64,000 nucleotides of DNA. Source: a virus. The notes beneath the pieces were generated by a model. That model was not told where the DNA came from. It was given only the letters and a program-made list of their open reading frames with translations, and made no database searches. The position numbers and the translations under genes are program-made. The DNA is taken from positions 21,751 to 85,750 of IMG/VR virus record IMGVR_UViG_3300025767_001103; one strand, 5' to 3'. This document shows positions 41,805 through 51,147 of this stretch, piece after piece; the first letter of the stretch is position 1; each line of letters begins with the position of its first letter.

Positions 41805-42403
41805 TATATGATTCCTATCATGTCTAATACTTCTTGCTTATATTCTGTTAGAACACTAATAATTATTATAGTTATTTCTTCTTGACTATTGTTTTGAAAT
41901 TCAGCAGGATATTTTGTTGTATCTAATAAGTATACGTTGCCTTCTTCTAGTACAACGGTTTGAATTTTTTCTTGATGACTAATTAGACAAACATCTTGAT
42001 TAACTATAATAGGAATTATAATGCTAACATGCGCCGGGGTAAAAGCTTGCCACTTTCCTAATTTTTGATTAGGCGGATAATTAAATAAAAATGACCGAAA
42101 CGGCTGTTTTAATAAATCCTTTAATCTCTTAAAGAATCCAAATACCATTGGAGTATCTTTAAAATATTCGGGGCCTTCGTCGTGCGGGTCTAAATCAGGG
42201 TGATACGGAAATGTAGGATCGTTGTATATTGTTTGTAGTCCCCAGCCATTAACACTATGGATTGTATTTTTAGCATCAATAAATGTCGGGTGATTATGAT
42301 GTTTCAAATAATCCCAGTGCAAATAATTAAAGTCTGTTTTTAATATATTAAAATATTCAACAGCGTCATCTATATTATATTTCAAATTTAACTTATGTAT
42401 CAT
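41804..42403 (-). CDS. Degenerate AspH-like oxygenase-fold protein
   Basis: Has IIIPIIVN and LEEGNVYLLDT patterns but no HxD or distal His; start moved to ATG 42403, 5 nt after TAAGTA. Confidence 0.5.
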   Translation of the reverse strand: MIHKLNLKYNIDDAVEYFNILKTDFNYLHWDYLKHHNHPTFIDAKNTIHSVNGWGLQTIYNDPTFPYHPDLDPHDEGPEYFKDTPMVFGFFKRLKDLLKQPFRSFLFNYPPNQKLGKWQAFTPAHVSIIIPIIVNQDVCLISHQEKIQTVVLEEGNVYLLDTTKYPAEFQNNSQEEITIIIISVLTEYKQEVLDMIGII

Positions 42404-42442
42404 AAACATACTTATCGACAGCATAAAATTATAAGTATAGTA
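42404..42442. promoter_or_regulatory. 39-bp back-to-back leaderless promoter cassette
   Basis: CAT-N5-TACTTA(42409-42414)-N17-TAAGTA(42432-42437)-N5-ATG. Confidence 0.75.
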
Positions 42443-43120
42443 ATGAACACAACTAATTGGAATTATTATTACAAAAGAACAGCTGATGATGTAACAGCAT
42501 CATCTAATATGTTATACACAGCCTTAATGAATCCTACTAAAGATATTTTATGTAAGCATTATTGTATTAATGAGGATTATCAAGGCGTGCAACCTGGCAT
42601 GACGCAAGAGATAATTGACTTCTTTTTTGAAAGAGAAGTAAGGTTTTTACAAGAGCTACAACATTTAGATTGTACTCCTAAACTCTTAGAAGTAGATCGT
42701 GCTAATAATAAAGTTTTTATAGAATGGAACACAGAAACACTAGCGCAGATAGTATTTGACCCAAACAGATCAATAGATGATGAATTTCCTAATTGGAAAG
42801 ATCGATTGTATAGTGTTGTAAAAGAATTTAAAGATAATGGTTATTATAAACTAGCACTCTATCCGCATTGTTTTTTTATAAACAAATCCGGCGCTTTAAA
42901 AATTATTGACTATTACTCAGTTGTGCCACATGACGATTATTTTATTGAAAGAAAATTAATTGCAGGCATGATTGGAGACCAAGGGTCTTATAGATTTGAT
43001 CAGTCAGAAACTGACGGTGTAATTGATCTTAAAAACTTCTTTAATCTTACAATGAACATACACTTGCCAAAGTGTTGGCCCGACTGTCCATTCCCAGAGT
43101 TTTTTAATAAATTATATTAA
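42443..43120 (+). CDS. Protein-kinase-like fold protein, probably catalytically divergent
   Basis: FEREVRFLQEL...TPKLLEVD...VFIEW and LYPHCFFI...LKIIDY follow the PKL subdomain layout; no HxD. Start moved to ATG 42443. Confidence 0.55.
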   Translation: MNTTNWNYYYKRTADDVTASSNMLYTALMNPTKDILCKHYCINEDYQGVQPGMTQEIIDFFFEREVRFLQELQHLDCTPKLLEVDRANNKVFIEWNTETLAQIVFDPNRSIDDEFPNWKDRLYSVVKEFKDNGYYKLALYPHCFFINKSGALKIIDYYSVVPHDDYFIERKLIAGMIGDQGSYRFDQSETDGVIDLKNFFNLTMNIHLPKCWPDCPFPEFFNKLY

Positions 43121-43641
43121 TCGTGTAATGTAATTTGTAACGTAAGCCTAGGAGTGTATCCAATGTTAGTAGGCCCGTGTATACATTCAGGATCACTCCA
43201 TTCGTATAAATCACCTGCTTTATAGTTAGATAACATTTTATCATCATATGCAAATATGTGTCCAGGCTCCCAGTCTTGTAAGAACATAGTGTATCTTACA
43301 AAATTAGTAAGTTCAGTTAAATGCGGATCGACATGCATTGCTTGAAATTCCCCAGGGTATAGTTTTACAAACCACCAAAACTGATATTTTCTAGTATCTG
43401 GTAAATCAGGATACACAAAGTTGTATCCTTCCATTTCTGGTGATCCTGCGTTAAGCTGATGGAAGAAAAACTTATTATTTGAGTATCCTGGTCTTGCCAT
43501 TTCTCTAAACTTTTCTAACGTTTCATTGCCTGTCCAGCGATCAGGTTGCCATACTGGAGTCTTCTCGCCTTGTTTACTGTTTAACATTTCTATAATGTTA
43601 TTTTCAATAATCCAATCTGCGTAATTACCTATATAATTCAT
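43117..43641 (-). CDS. 2OG-Fe(II) oxygenase-fold protein, tandem paralogue of 43638
   Basis: MHVD, PGHIF and IHGPTNIG...R; N-terminus MNYIGNYADWI. Confidence 0.78.
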   Translation of the reverse strand: MNYIGNYADWIIENNIIEMLNSKQGEKTPVWQPDRWTGNETLEKFREMARPGYSNNKFFFHQLNAGSPEMEGYNFVYPDLPDTRKYQFWWFVKLYPGEFQAMHVDPHLTELTNFVRYTMFLQDWEPGHIFAYDDKMLSNYKAGDLYEWSDPECIHGPTNIGYTPRLTLQITLHD

Positions 43642-44135
43642 TGTAGATCATAAGAGCTAAAACATGCAATCATTCTTGTGCTCCATCCTATATTACATGC
43701 ACCGTGTAGTGCCTTACTATCGTCGTAAACAAACAAATCACCTTTTTTGTATCCAGTTGCGAGCTGATCCTCATAGATAAACACATGACCTGGCTCGTAA
43801 TCTTGCAAAGCCATCCAATATCGTTTACTATTTTTTTCTATAAGAGCATGCGGATCTTTATGCATAGGCATTTTGTCGCCCGGATTCATTTTTATAAACC
43901 ACCACAAAAACTCACCATTCAACGGAATAGGCGATTTAACATCAAACGGAAACGTATCGGGCTCGTAAATGTACCAATATGTTTGTGTTAAATCGTATCC
44001 GTGTTCTGCTGCTTTTCTAAATTCTTCACTGTCAGGATTTCTGCCACCTCCAGGTCGACGTGTGCCATCGTTATCTTTTATAAAGTCGATCCACTCTGGT
44101 TGTATCCAGTCTGCGTAATTGCCTAAATATTTCAT
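43638..44135 (-). CDS. 2OG-Fe(II) oxygenase-fold protein
   Basis: MHKD, PGHVF and LHGACNIG...R; N-terminus MKYLGNYADWI. Confidence 0.78.
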   Translation of the reverse strand: MKYLGNYADWIQPEWIDFIKDNDGTRRPGGGRNPDSEEFRKAAEHGYDLTQTYWYIYEPDTFPFDVKSPIPLNGEFLWWFIKMNPGDKMPMHKDPHALIEKNSKRYWMALQDYEPGHVFIYEDQLATGYKKGDLFVYDDSKALHGACNIGWSTRMIACFSSYDLQ

Positions 44136-44740
44136 ATTAAATCTCGAAATTCCATAAGATCTTCAAAACTAACATTTTTATCCATCATTGTATCTCCACA
44201 CCTAATCACTATTACTATTCTATTCTCGTTCATACTATTTTCAACACCATGATACCAGTCAGCTCTCATTAAAGTAACTTTGTCGACGGTAGTACTTGCA
44301 ATAGGCTGTAATACAATTTCTTCCTTAATAAAATTAATTGTGTATCCATTATAAGGCGGCTTGTCATTCGCACAAAATTTAGACCAAATATATTCTTCTT
44401 TAATATCCTTATGATCATACCAATGCGTTACAGACTCTTCATAATTTTTTATCGGTATAGTAATAACAACTTTTTGATGTAACTCGTTGTTTCCGTCTAA
44501 ATGAATGTTAAAGTTACTCACAGGCGGAACAATTAAAATATTAATATATTGTAAAGGCAGTTTTAATCTCGGAAGTAAAAATCCGCTAAGAATTGGAAAG
44601 TCTTTTATACCTACTGAGTGACAATATTCTGATGTCGCAGACTCGTCAATAACATCATCAGGATATCTGTTAATATATTCTAATAACTCTTTTTGAATTA
44701 ATGGTAGTTCTGGAACATTTAATTTTTGATACATTTTCAT
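44132..44740 (-). CDS. 2OG-Fe(II) oxygenase-fold protein
   Basis: IHLDG, ITIPI and YHGVEN...R. Confidence 0.7.
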   Translation of the reverse strand: MKMYQKLNVPELPLIQKELLEYINRYPDDVIDESATSEYCHSVGIKDFPILSGFLLPRLKLPLQYINILIVPPVSNFNIHLDGNNELHQKVVITIPIKNYEESVTHWYDHKDIKEEYIWSKFCANDKPPYNGYTINFIKEEIVLQPIASTTVDKVTLMRADWYHGVENSMNENRIVIVIRCGDTMMDKNVSFEDLMEFRDLI

Positions 44741-44741
44741 A

Positions 44742-45551
44742 TTAATAACTCTCTATATTGTTAATGCCAAGCGTTTTACGAAATTCTTCTGTAAACTTAC
44801 CGTCGATGCGTAATGCATAACTTTGTTCCATAATGCGCTCTCCCCCATGCCAGTCTTGATCATTCCACCAAGCAGCACGAGTATTAAGATATGTTTTGTT
44901 TTTAGTTTCAGGATCCCACAAATAAAATGCTTTCTTAGTATTAGGACGAATATGTATAAATTCGTTTTTGTGCGGAAACGTTTGATTCATTCCGTTTTTA
45001 GCATCAAGGTCCCTGTGTTCAAAAGGAACTCCGTCTGCTTCGCAATGAAAGAATATAACACGCCCGATGTGTTCGAATATGTTATCTTTGATTAACTGTT
45101 CTGTCCACTTTACTATTCCGGGAAAATGTTCTGCTTCTTCTGTTAGTTTACGTTCTGCTGTTCTGTCATTCCATGACCCTTCTTCCCAAAGGAAATAATA
45201 AATGTAAGGATCGTACGCACCTAGTGCCATTTTTAAATAACGTGTAAATTTATTACGCTGTTTATAATCACCAAAGTCTGAAGGCATAAGTTTCATACCT
45301 TCGACTTTAATAGGATTATCATCTGCTAGTGATTGAAATTCTTCTAATGCTTGATAGATAGGTTTCCAATTTAATGTATAACTCATGTCTTCAAAAGTAA
45401 AACCAGGCGCCATCCATGTACCTTCTTTAGCAAACTCTCTTGCCGCCGCAAAGCCATGTATTATTTCTGGTTGTAATTTCTCAAAAGTTTCCATATCTAG
45501 ATACTTTTCCATATCAAAATATGGTTGACTATTAATTCCTTTAATTGCCAT
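44742..45551 (-). CDS. 2OG-Fe(II) oxygenase-fold protein
   Basis: GRVIFF...EHRD...WHGG...LRID. Confidence 0.6.
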   Translation of the reverse strand: MAIKGINSQPYFDMEKYLDMETFEKLQPEIIHGFAAAREFAKEGTWMAPGFTFEDMSYTLNWKPIYQALEEFQSLADDNPIKVEGMKLMPSDFGDYKQRNKFTRYLKMALGAYDPYIYYFLWEEGSWNDRTAERKLTEEAEHFPGIVKWTEQLIKDNIFEHIGRVIFFHCEADGVPFEHRDLDAKNGMNQTFPHKNEFIHIRPNTKKAFYLWDPETKNKTYLNTRAAWWNDQDWHGGERIMEQSYALRIDGKFTEEFRKTLGINNIESY

Positions 45552-46596
45552 AATTCTTTATCCATTCTTCAGGTATAGTATCGGGCAGCATTTTTCTTTT
45601 GTTTACTGCATAGTCTCTTAGTATAACTTGATGCACTAACGGACTCGGAGGCTTCCCTGGAAGTATATCAGCAATTGCTTCAGTTTGTACTTCAGATAAG
45701 TCTAATGTTTTAGCATCTGGCCATTGTATAATTTTAACTACAATGTTATTAATAATTAGCGGATAATGAGCTCGGTTGCCGTCGTTATGATCCATTCCGA
45801 GACTCCAGTTATTTTTAGTAGCTATTGCCTTTGTTTCTCTTACTAATTCAGACATATAAATTTGTGGGCCGCCGGGGAATCGTCCGATGTCAGCGCCACA
45901 GCGTACTCTATATTGCTTGCATACATCTAATCCAAATTCTTGTATTTCTTCTAAACAATATTCTAACTGTGTCATGTCTTCTAATGTATAACTGATATTT
46001 TTAATTACTAGTCCTAACTCGGTACAATTTTTAATACCTTCCATCTGCTTTTTGCGCACAGTATGACCTTGATAGTCAGGATGGTTGAGACCAAATGTCC
46101 AGGCAACATTCTTAAAGTCTTTAAACTTTGCAGCATATTTACGATTTGCCATATTAACGCCATTGGTCAAAATCATAATACCACGAGGCTTTCCAGGAAG
46201 TGATTGTATAGCTGTTATTAACTCGGGCAAATCTTTTCTTGTAGTAGGCTCTGCTCCTACTAATGCAACAGGGTATCCGTCATCGGGCCAAGATTTAATT
46301 TTTGCTAATATCGATAAAATTGCTGGATCTATAGACTTGTTATCAGGTTCTTGATAACAATGCGGGCATGCTAGATTGCATTTATTAGTTGTCTCTAGAA
46401 AGTAGCTTCCTAATGCATGTCTTGGATAGTTGTAGTTTAAATAAAACTCTGCATCAGGCTCTACAAGATGTTCAACGTATCCGTGCTCTGGGCATGTCTT
46501 ACTTAACCATATTTGATTATCTTTTTCAAATCTAGTTGCTGGCACATGTTGATAACATTGTTCGCAAATTGATAATGTATCTTTTAGTTTATTCAT
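45541..46596 (-). CDS. Radical SAM protein with MJ0619/Tes-type N-terminal metal ribbon
   Basis: TLSICEQC..HVPA...KTCPEHG...DAEFY, then CNLACPHC, GAEPT and TNG. Confidence 0.85.
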   Translation of the reverse strand: MNKLKDTLSICEQCYQHVPATRFEKDNQIWLSKTCPEHGYVEHLVEPDAEFYLNYNYPRHALGSYFLETTNKCNLACPHCYQEPDNKSIDPAILSILAKIKSWPDDGYPVALVGAEPTTRKDLPELITAIQSLPGKPRGIMILTNGVNMANRKYAAKFKDFKNVAWTFGLNHPDYQGHTVRKKQMEGIKNCTELGLVIKNISYTLEDMTQLEYCLEEIQEFGLDVCKQYRVRCGADIGRFPGGPQIYMSELVRETKAIATKNNWSLGMDHNDGNRAHYPLIINNIVVKIIQWPDAKTLDLSEVQTEAIADILPGKPPSPLVHQVILRDYAVNKRKMLPDTIPEEWIKNYGN

Positions 46597-47639
46597 CGAT
46601 ATTTCTCTGGCAATGTATCAAACAACGATTTTCTTTCATTGACTGCTCTATCTCTTAATATAACTTGATGCAATAGTGGACTTTTTGGTTTTCCTGGAAC
46701 TACAGTTGCCCAAGACTCGGAATAGATTTCTTCAAAGTCTATTGTTTTAACATCTACCCATTTAATAAATCTATGTGTAATTCCGTTTATTCTTACCAAA
46801 TAATGTGTACGATTTCCGTTTTTTTCATCTACTTCCCACGACCAACCTTTTTCATTACATACACGTTCTGCTGTTTTGACTAGCTCTGATAAGTAATGTT
46901 CTGGTTCATCTTCGTCTGGAGTGCGTCCAATTTCAACGCCTAGCTGTATTCTTGCATCGCTGCATACTCCCTTATGATGCCATTCTTGAATTTCTTCTAG
47001 AACATCATCTAGCTGATCCATAGTACCTAATGTGTAAGTAAAATTCTTAATAGTAAGCCCTAGCTCAATACAGTTGTCTATGCCTATTTGCTGTTTTTTT
47101 CTAATAACACCACCGTTATAATCTGGATGGTTAAGACCAATGGTCCATGTTAACCCTTCTATGCCTACAAATTTTTCTGCATATGCACGTTTGCCTAAAT
47201 TTATTCCGTTAGTAACAACCATTAGCCATCGTGGAACTTCAGTTAACGATTGTATTTCTTTTACTATGTCTGATAAGTCTTTTCGTGTAGTTGGTTCTGC
47301 TCCTACTAATGCTAATGCCATATCATCAGGTAACTCTTTAGTTTGTTTAATAATGGACGAAACTGTAGGATCTATTGACAAATTGTCTGGCATTTGATAA
47401 CAATGGGGACAATCTAAGTTACATCGATTAGTTATCTCAAACCAGAAAGTATTAGGTAATCTACGTTCATATTTGAAATTAAGATAAAACTCTGCGTCTA
47501 CTTCTACCAAACACTCGTGATAGCCGTGCTCAGGACATGTTTTACTTAACCATATCTGGTTGTCTCTTTCAAATCGTACTGCCGGTACATGTCGATAACA
47601 GTGTTCACACATTGATAATGTATCTTGTAGTTTTTTCAT
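46593..47639 (-). CDS. Radical SAM protein with MJ0619/Tes-type N-terminal metal ribbon, tandem paralogue
   Basis: TLSMCEHC..HVPA...KTCPEHG...DAEFY, then CNLDCPHC and GAEPT; collinear with 45541 over the whole length. Confidence 0.85.
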   Translation of the reverse strand: MKKLQDTLSMCEHCYRHVPAVRFERDNQIWLSKTCPEHGYHECLVEVDAEFYLNFKYERRLPNTFWFEITNRCNLDCPHCYQMPDNLSIDPTVSSIIKQTKELPDDMALALVGAEPTTRKDLSDIVKEIQSLTEVPRWLMVVTNGINLGKRAYAEKFVGIEGLTWTIGLNHPDYNGGVIRKKQQIGIDNCIELGLTIKNFTYTLGTMDQLDDVLEEIQEWHHKGVCSDARIQLGVEIGRTPDEDEPEHYLSELVKTAERVCNEKGWSWEVDEKNGNRTHYLVRINGITHRFIKWVDVKTIDFEEIYSESWATVVPGKPKSPLLHQVILRDRAVNERKSLFDTLPEKYR

Positions 47640-47668
47640 TGAGCACTCACATTTTAATTATATACTCA

Positions 47669-47684
47669 TATTTACCTATAAATA
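47669..47684. promoter_or_regulatory. Divergent late-type promoter pair
   Basis: TAAATA on - (47674-47669) and TATAAATA on + (47677-47684) in the gap between divergent blocks. Confidence 0.65.
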
Positions 47685-47702
47685 ATATTGAGGAACAACG
47701 TT

Positions 47703-48389
47703 ATGGACTATGAATATTATTGGAACAATGTGCCAGGATCTGGGTTGTGTAGAAATAACTTAATCTACACTAGTTTAGTAAATGCACAACAAACTGAATT
47801 TGTACAATGGTATTATAATGATCAAGGATATCACAAAGGACAAAATCAAGTAGTCGATCCTGCACTAATGGAATCAAAATGGCTGCGCGAAGTTAAGTAT
47901 ATTACACAAATGAGCGAACAATATCCTGAATTAGTTCCTATAATAAAAACTATTAACCACACTGAAAGAAAATTACATTTAGAAATAGAAGGTCCTGATT
48001 TTTGGGAACTTGCAAAATGCGACCAAGCAAACTACGATAGTGTATTACCTAACTGGCAAGAACAGATGCTAGACATAATTCAAGCGCACAAGAGTCTAGG
48101 CATTTACAAATACAGTATGCATCCTAGCAGTTATTTTGTAGTAAATGGAAAGCTTAAAAGCATTAACTATTTTTTTGCGTATAATGAAGAAGAAGGTCCT
48201 ATTAGCATAGCAGACCATTCTAGTCATATATACAGCACACGGCAAGAAGAAATGCGTAAACACATTGAATCGTTAGGCATTGACTGGCATGCACCGCAGC
48301 CTTTAAATTTATTAGAACAATTATGTTGGGAGAGTTTTAGAAAGAACTTTCCTAATGATTTTATAGAGAAAGCTAAATGTATAAAATAA
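47703..48389 (+). CDS. Protein-kinase-like fold protein, paralogue of 42443
   Basis: NLIYTSL, WLREVKYI...VP.I, PNWQEQ and YKYSMHPSSYF...LKSINYF; start moved to ATG 47703 after GAGGA. Confidence 0.55.
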   Translation: MDYEYYWNNVPGSGLCRNNLIYTSLVNAQQTEFVQWYYNDQGYHKGQNQVVDPALMESKWLREVKYITQMSEQYPELVPIIKTINHTERKLHLEIEGPDFWELAKCDQANYDSVLPNWQEQMLDIIQAHKSLGIYKYSMHPSSYFVVNGKLKSINYFFAYNEEEGPISIADHSSHIYSTRQEEMRKHIESLGIDWHAPQPLNLLEQLCWESFRKNFPNDFIEKAKCIK

Positions 48390-48931
48390 TTCCTTGGAGT
48401 GAAGACTTAGAATTATCTGAATTTTATGAAGGTGCTGCTGCCCGTGGGTTTGAAAATAATGCATCGCAGCATATGCTTGTAGATTGTTTTCGTAAAGAAG
48501 CTAACTGGCAAACTTGGATATTATACTATAATAATGAAGCTGTAGGCAGTGTAGCAGCACATACATTTGACGATGTAATGGGCCCTAATACATTTAGAGT
48601 TGCTGCTAGAACATGTGTGTTTACAGACAAGTTACCTTTAGTTAGTTTAAGGACACGCAATCAGATTGTTACACATCAACATGCAACTGGACAATTTTTA
48701 ATTCCTGCTTGTTTAGAATGGCTTCCCAAAGGAGCTAGAGCATTTATAACTTCTAACGAAAATGAAGCAGGTACCCAAAAAATAGTACACAGAGTATTTG
48801 CTCCTGCTATGGAAAAGACAGGGCAAATGAAACATATAAAAGATGTGTTTTATAGAGGCACTAATCAAACAGTGTGGGAAATTTTTCCAGACAAGTTTTT
48901 TGAAGAATTAAATAAACATCCTAGATGGTAA
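48377..48931 (+). CDS. Hypothetical protein, possibly GNAT-fold
   Basis: WILYYNNEAVGSVAAH...FRVAARTCV beta-hairpin pattern resembles GNAT acetyltransferases; weak. Confidence 0.45.
   Translation: MYKIIPWSEDLELSEFYEGAAARGFENNASQHMLVDCFRKEANWQTWILYYNNEAVGSVAAHTFDDVMGPNTFRVAARTCVFTDKLPLVSLRTRNQIVTHQHATGQFLIPACLEWLPKGARAFITSNENEAGTQKIVHRVFAPAMEKTGQMKHIKDVFYRGTNQTVWEIFPDKFFEELNKHPRW
48887..48931 (+). repeat. 45-bp direct repeat, copy 1
   Basis: 39/45 identical to 49674-49718. Confidence 0.9.
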
Positions 48932-48944
48932 AGTGAGGTAAGTT

Positions 48945-49715
48945 GTGCAAGAAAGTGCAGAAGAATTTTTAAAACATTTAAAGAAAGATTTACATCAGCA
49001 TATAGATGCTTTTAAAGAAAAAACTCGATCTTTTAAAATAGGTCATATAGAGGATATTGATAAGTTTTTTGACGAATACTTAGGTAAACTATTTGACAGT
49101 AAAACTGATCAAAGAATTTTTGATTCTATTAAAACTTTACGGTTTCTTGAACCGCATCATGTAGATGGCTGCAAAGCAATTCTTGACCGTATGAGTTTAC
49201 TAGAACAAATGCCAAAAAATGCTGTAGTAGCAGAGATAGGTGTTGATAGAGGTCGGTTTGCAGAACGTATATACGAGGTTACACAGCCACAAAAGTTACA
49301 TCTCATTGATATTTTTCAATACGATTATCAACTAAAATCAGTAGACAGCATATTTGATCAAAAAGAAAACATAGAAATACATCAAGTAGACTCCGCAGAA
49401 GCAGGAAATTTGTTTAATGACGAGTATTTTGATTGGGTGTATATAGATACTACTCACACATATGAAAGAACCAAAGCAGAACTAAATTCATTTGCAGATA
49501 AAATAAAACCAGGCGGATTCATCTCAGGTCATGACTACTTTCAGGTTGGCGTATCAAATGGGTTTTCATACGGTGTAATGAGTGCAGTACACGAATTTGT
49601 AGTGATCAATAACTGGAAACTATATGCTGTTACGCTGGAACCTTTAGAAAACCAAAGTTTTGTTATACAAAAACCAGATAAGTTTTTTGAAGAATTAAGT
49701 AAATATTCTAGGTAG
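48945..49715 (+). CDS. Class I SAM-dependent methyltransferase (Methyltransf_24-like)
   Basis: AEIGVDRG, LIDIF, DWVYIDTTHTYE and KPGGFISGHDY; GTG start after GAGG. Confidence 0.88.
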   Translation: MQESAEEFLKHLKKDLHQHIDAFKEKTRSFKIGHIEDIDKFFDEYLGKLFDSKTDQRIFDSIKTLRFLEPHHVDGCKAILDRMSLLEQMPKNAVVAEIGVDRGRFAERIYEVTQPQKLHLIDIFQYDYQLKSVDSIFDQKENIEIHQVDSAEAGNLFNDEYFDWVYIDTTHTYERTKAELNSFADKIKPGGFISGHDYFQVGVSNGFSYGVMSAVHEFVVINNWKLYAVTLEPLENQSFVIQKPDKFFEELSKYSR

Positions 49716-49718
49716 TAA
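49674..49718 (+). repeat. 45-bp direct repeat, copy 2
   Basis: 39/45 identical to 48887-48931. Confidence 0.9.
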
Positions 49719-49722
49719 TAAT

Positions 49723-51147
49723 ATGGTGATTAAGTATAACAATATAGAAAACCGTAAGATTGTTTTTTGTATATTAGATAATTTAAACGAATGTGACAAT
49801 TTAATAGCTAAAGATATGTCTATTAATACAATGGATTTTTTAATCCGGACAATGGTAACACAGAAATATGATATATTAATAAGTTCTAACGAATCTGATT
49901 TGTTAACAGAAGCAGTTAAAATAAATAATTACACACATGCTGTTGTTGTAGCAACTGGCACTTATTCCCCTTTTGGTAATAGATTCTTTGATGAAATTGA
50001 AACCTTGTGTAATCAAGATTTTTTTATTGCGGGACATATACTAGATAGACAAGATTCTTATTTAGAACTACACAAACAGTTTTATATAATAAATTTAGAT
50101 GATTATAAAAACTTAAATTGTCCTATTATAGAAGAAGGTAACTGGTTTTTAGAAGATTTGCACGAAGAATTCTGCCCTATTGTATCTAAGTACGGCGACG
50201 ACATTAATAAAATTATTCAGAGTGTAACTATCGGTACTAAAAAGAAAACATATAAATCTAAACTACACGGTTATAATATTCTTAAATTAGCATTAGAGAA
50301 TAATAAAAAACTTATTGATGTTGGTCAAGGACTACGCTCTTCTAAACATTATTTGTATCATGAGTACGATCATGTCTTTATTAATGCATATCCTAAAATT
50401 TTTCATCAACAATTATTTGCTAGAAATGTAGTTGCACCTTGGAATACAGATACCGTTTACGACAAAATCGAATTCAGCGGTCCTGTTGAACAATATGTTA
50501 CAATAGGTACTGGATTAAATTGGATTAGAAACCTAACACTTATTGGTTACACGTCTAATACTGAAGTTGTTTTTACTGATATTAATCATAACTGTTTAAG
50601 ATTTATGAAAGAATTGGTTGAAAACTGGGATGGTATCGACTACGATAAATTTTATCATTCATTTGAATACTTTTATCCTAGTGGAGTACCTGAACACGTT
50701 TTCAAAAATTTATCAGCTAAATGTGAATTTGATGAATTTAAGAATTTTTTTGATAATTGGAACGATACATGGAATACAATTAAAAAATTAAAATTTAGTT
50801 ATCGTCTAATAGACTACACTTCTGAATACGATTTGTCGTGGATTGACCCAACTAAGAGTACATTAATGAACTTTAGTGATTTATTTAATTACGCAGCATT
50901 AACTCCCTTACAAAGTGTTAAATTTAAGATAGGTGCTGAAAATAGACTAATTCACAATCTATCTAAAATTAATCCGGATATTACAGTAATAATTACGTCT
51001 AGGGCTGCCGAAGGATTTAAAGAGTTTAATAGCAATACAATAAGCAAAGTTAAAGATTTAGAATTAACAACTCTTGAAGAATTGAAGAAATTGCCGTGGC
51101 ACGAACACGATTGGAATAAGGTAGGAAGAAGTCACCTTGGACTCTAA
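49723..51147 (+). CDS. Hypothetical two-domain protein; C-terminal half possibly Rossmann/methyltransferase-like
   Basis: 474 aa; VTIGTGLN...VVFTDIN resembles SAM-binding strands; weak. Confidence 0.55.
   Translation: MVIKYNNIENRKIVFCILDNLNECDNLIAKDMSINTMDFLIRTMVTQKYDILISSNESDLLTEAVKINNYTHAVVVATGTYSPFGNRFFDEIETLCNQDFFIAGHILDRQDSYLELHKQFYIINLDDYKNLNCPIIEEGNWFLEDLHEEFCPIVSKYGDDINKIIQSVTIGTKKKTYKSKLHGYNILKLALENNKKLIDVGQGLRSSKHYLYHEYDHVFINAYPKIFHQQLFARNVVAPWNTDTVYDKIEFSGPVEQYVTIGTGLNWIRNLTLIGYTSNTEVVFTDINHNCLRFMKELVENWDGIDYDKFYHSFEYFYPSGVPEHVFKNLSAKCEFDEFKNFFDNWNDTWNTIKKLKFSYRLIDYTSEYDLSWIDPTKSTLMNFSDLFNYAALTPLQSVKFKIGAENRLIHNLSKINPDITVIITSRAAEGFKEFNSNTISKVKDLELTTLEELKKLPWHEHDWNKVGRSHLGL

Noticed and set aside
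45541-47639. True tetraether lipid synthase or moaA calls
   Set aside because: The proteins are shorter than Tes and lack its additional Fe-S cysteine motifs; they also lack the MoaA C-terminal Cys motif and terminal GG.
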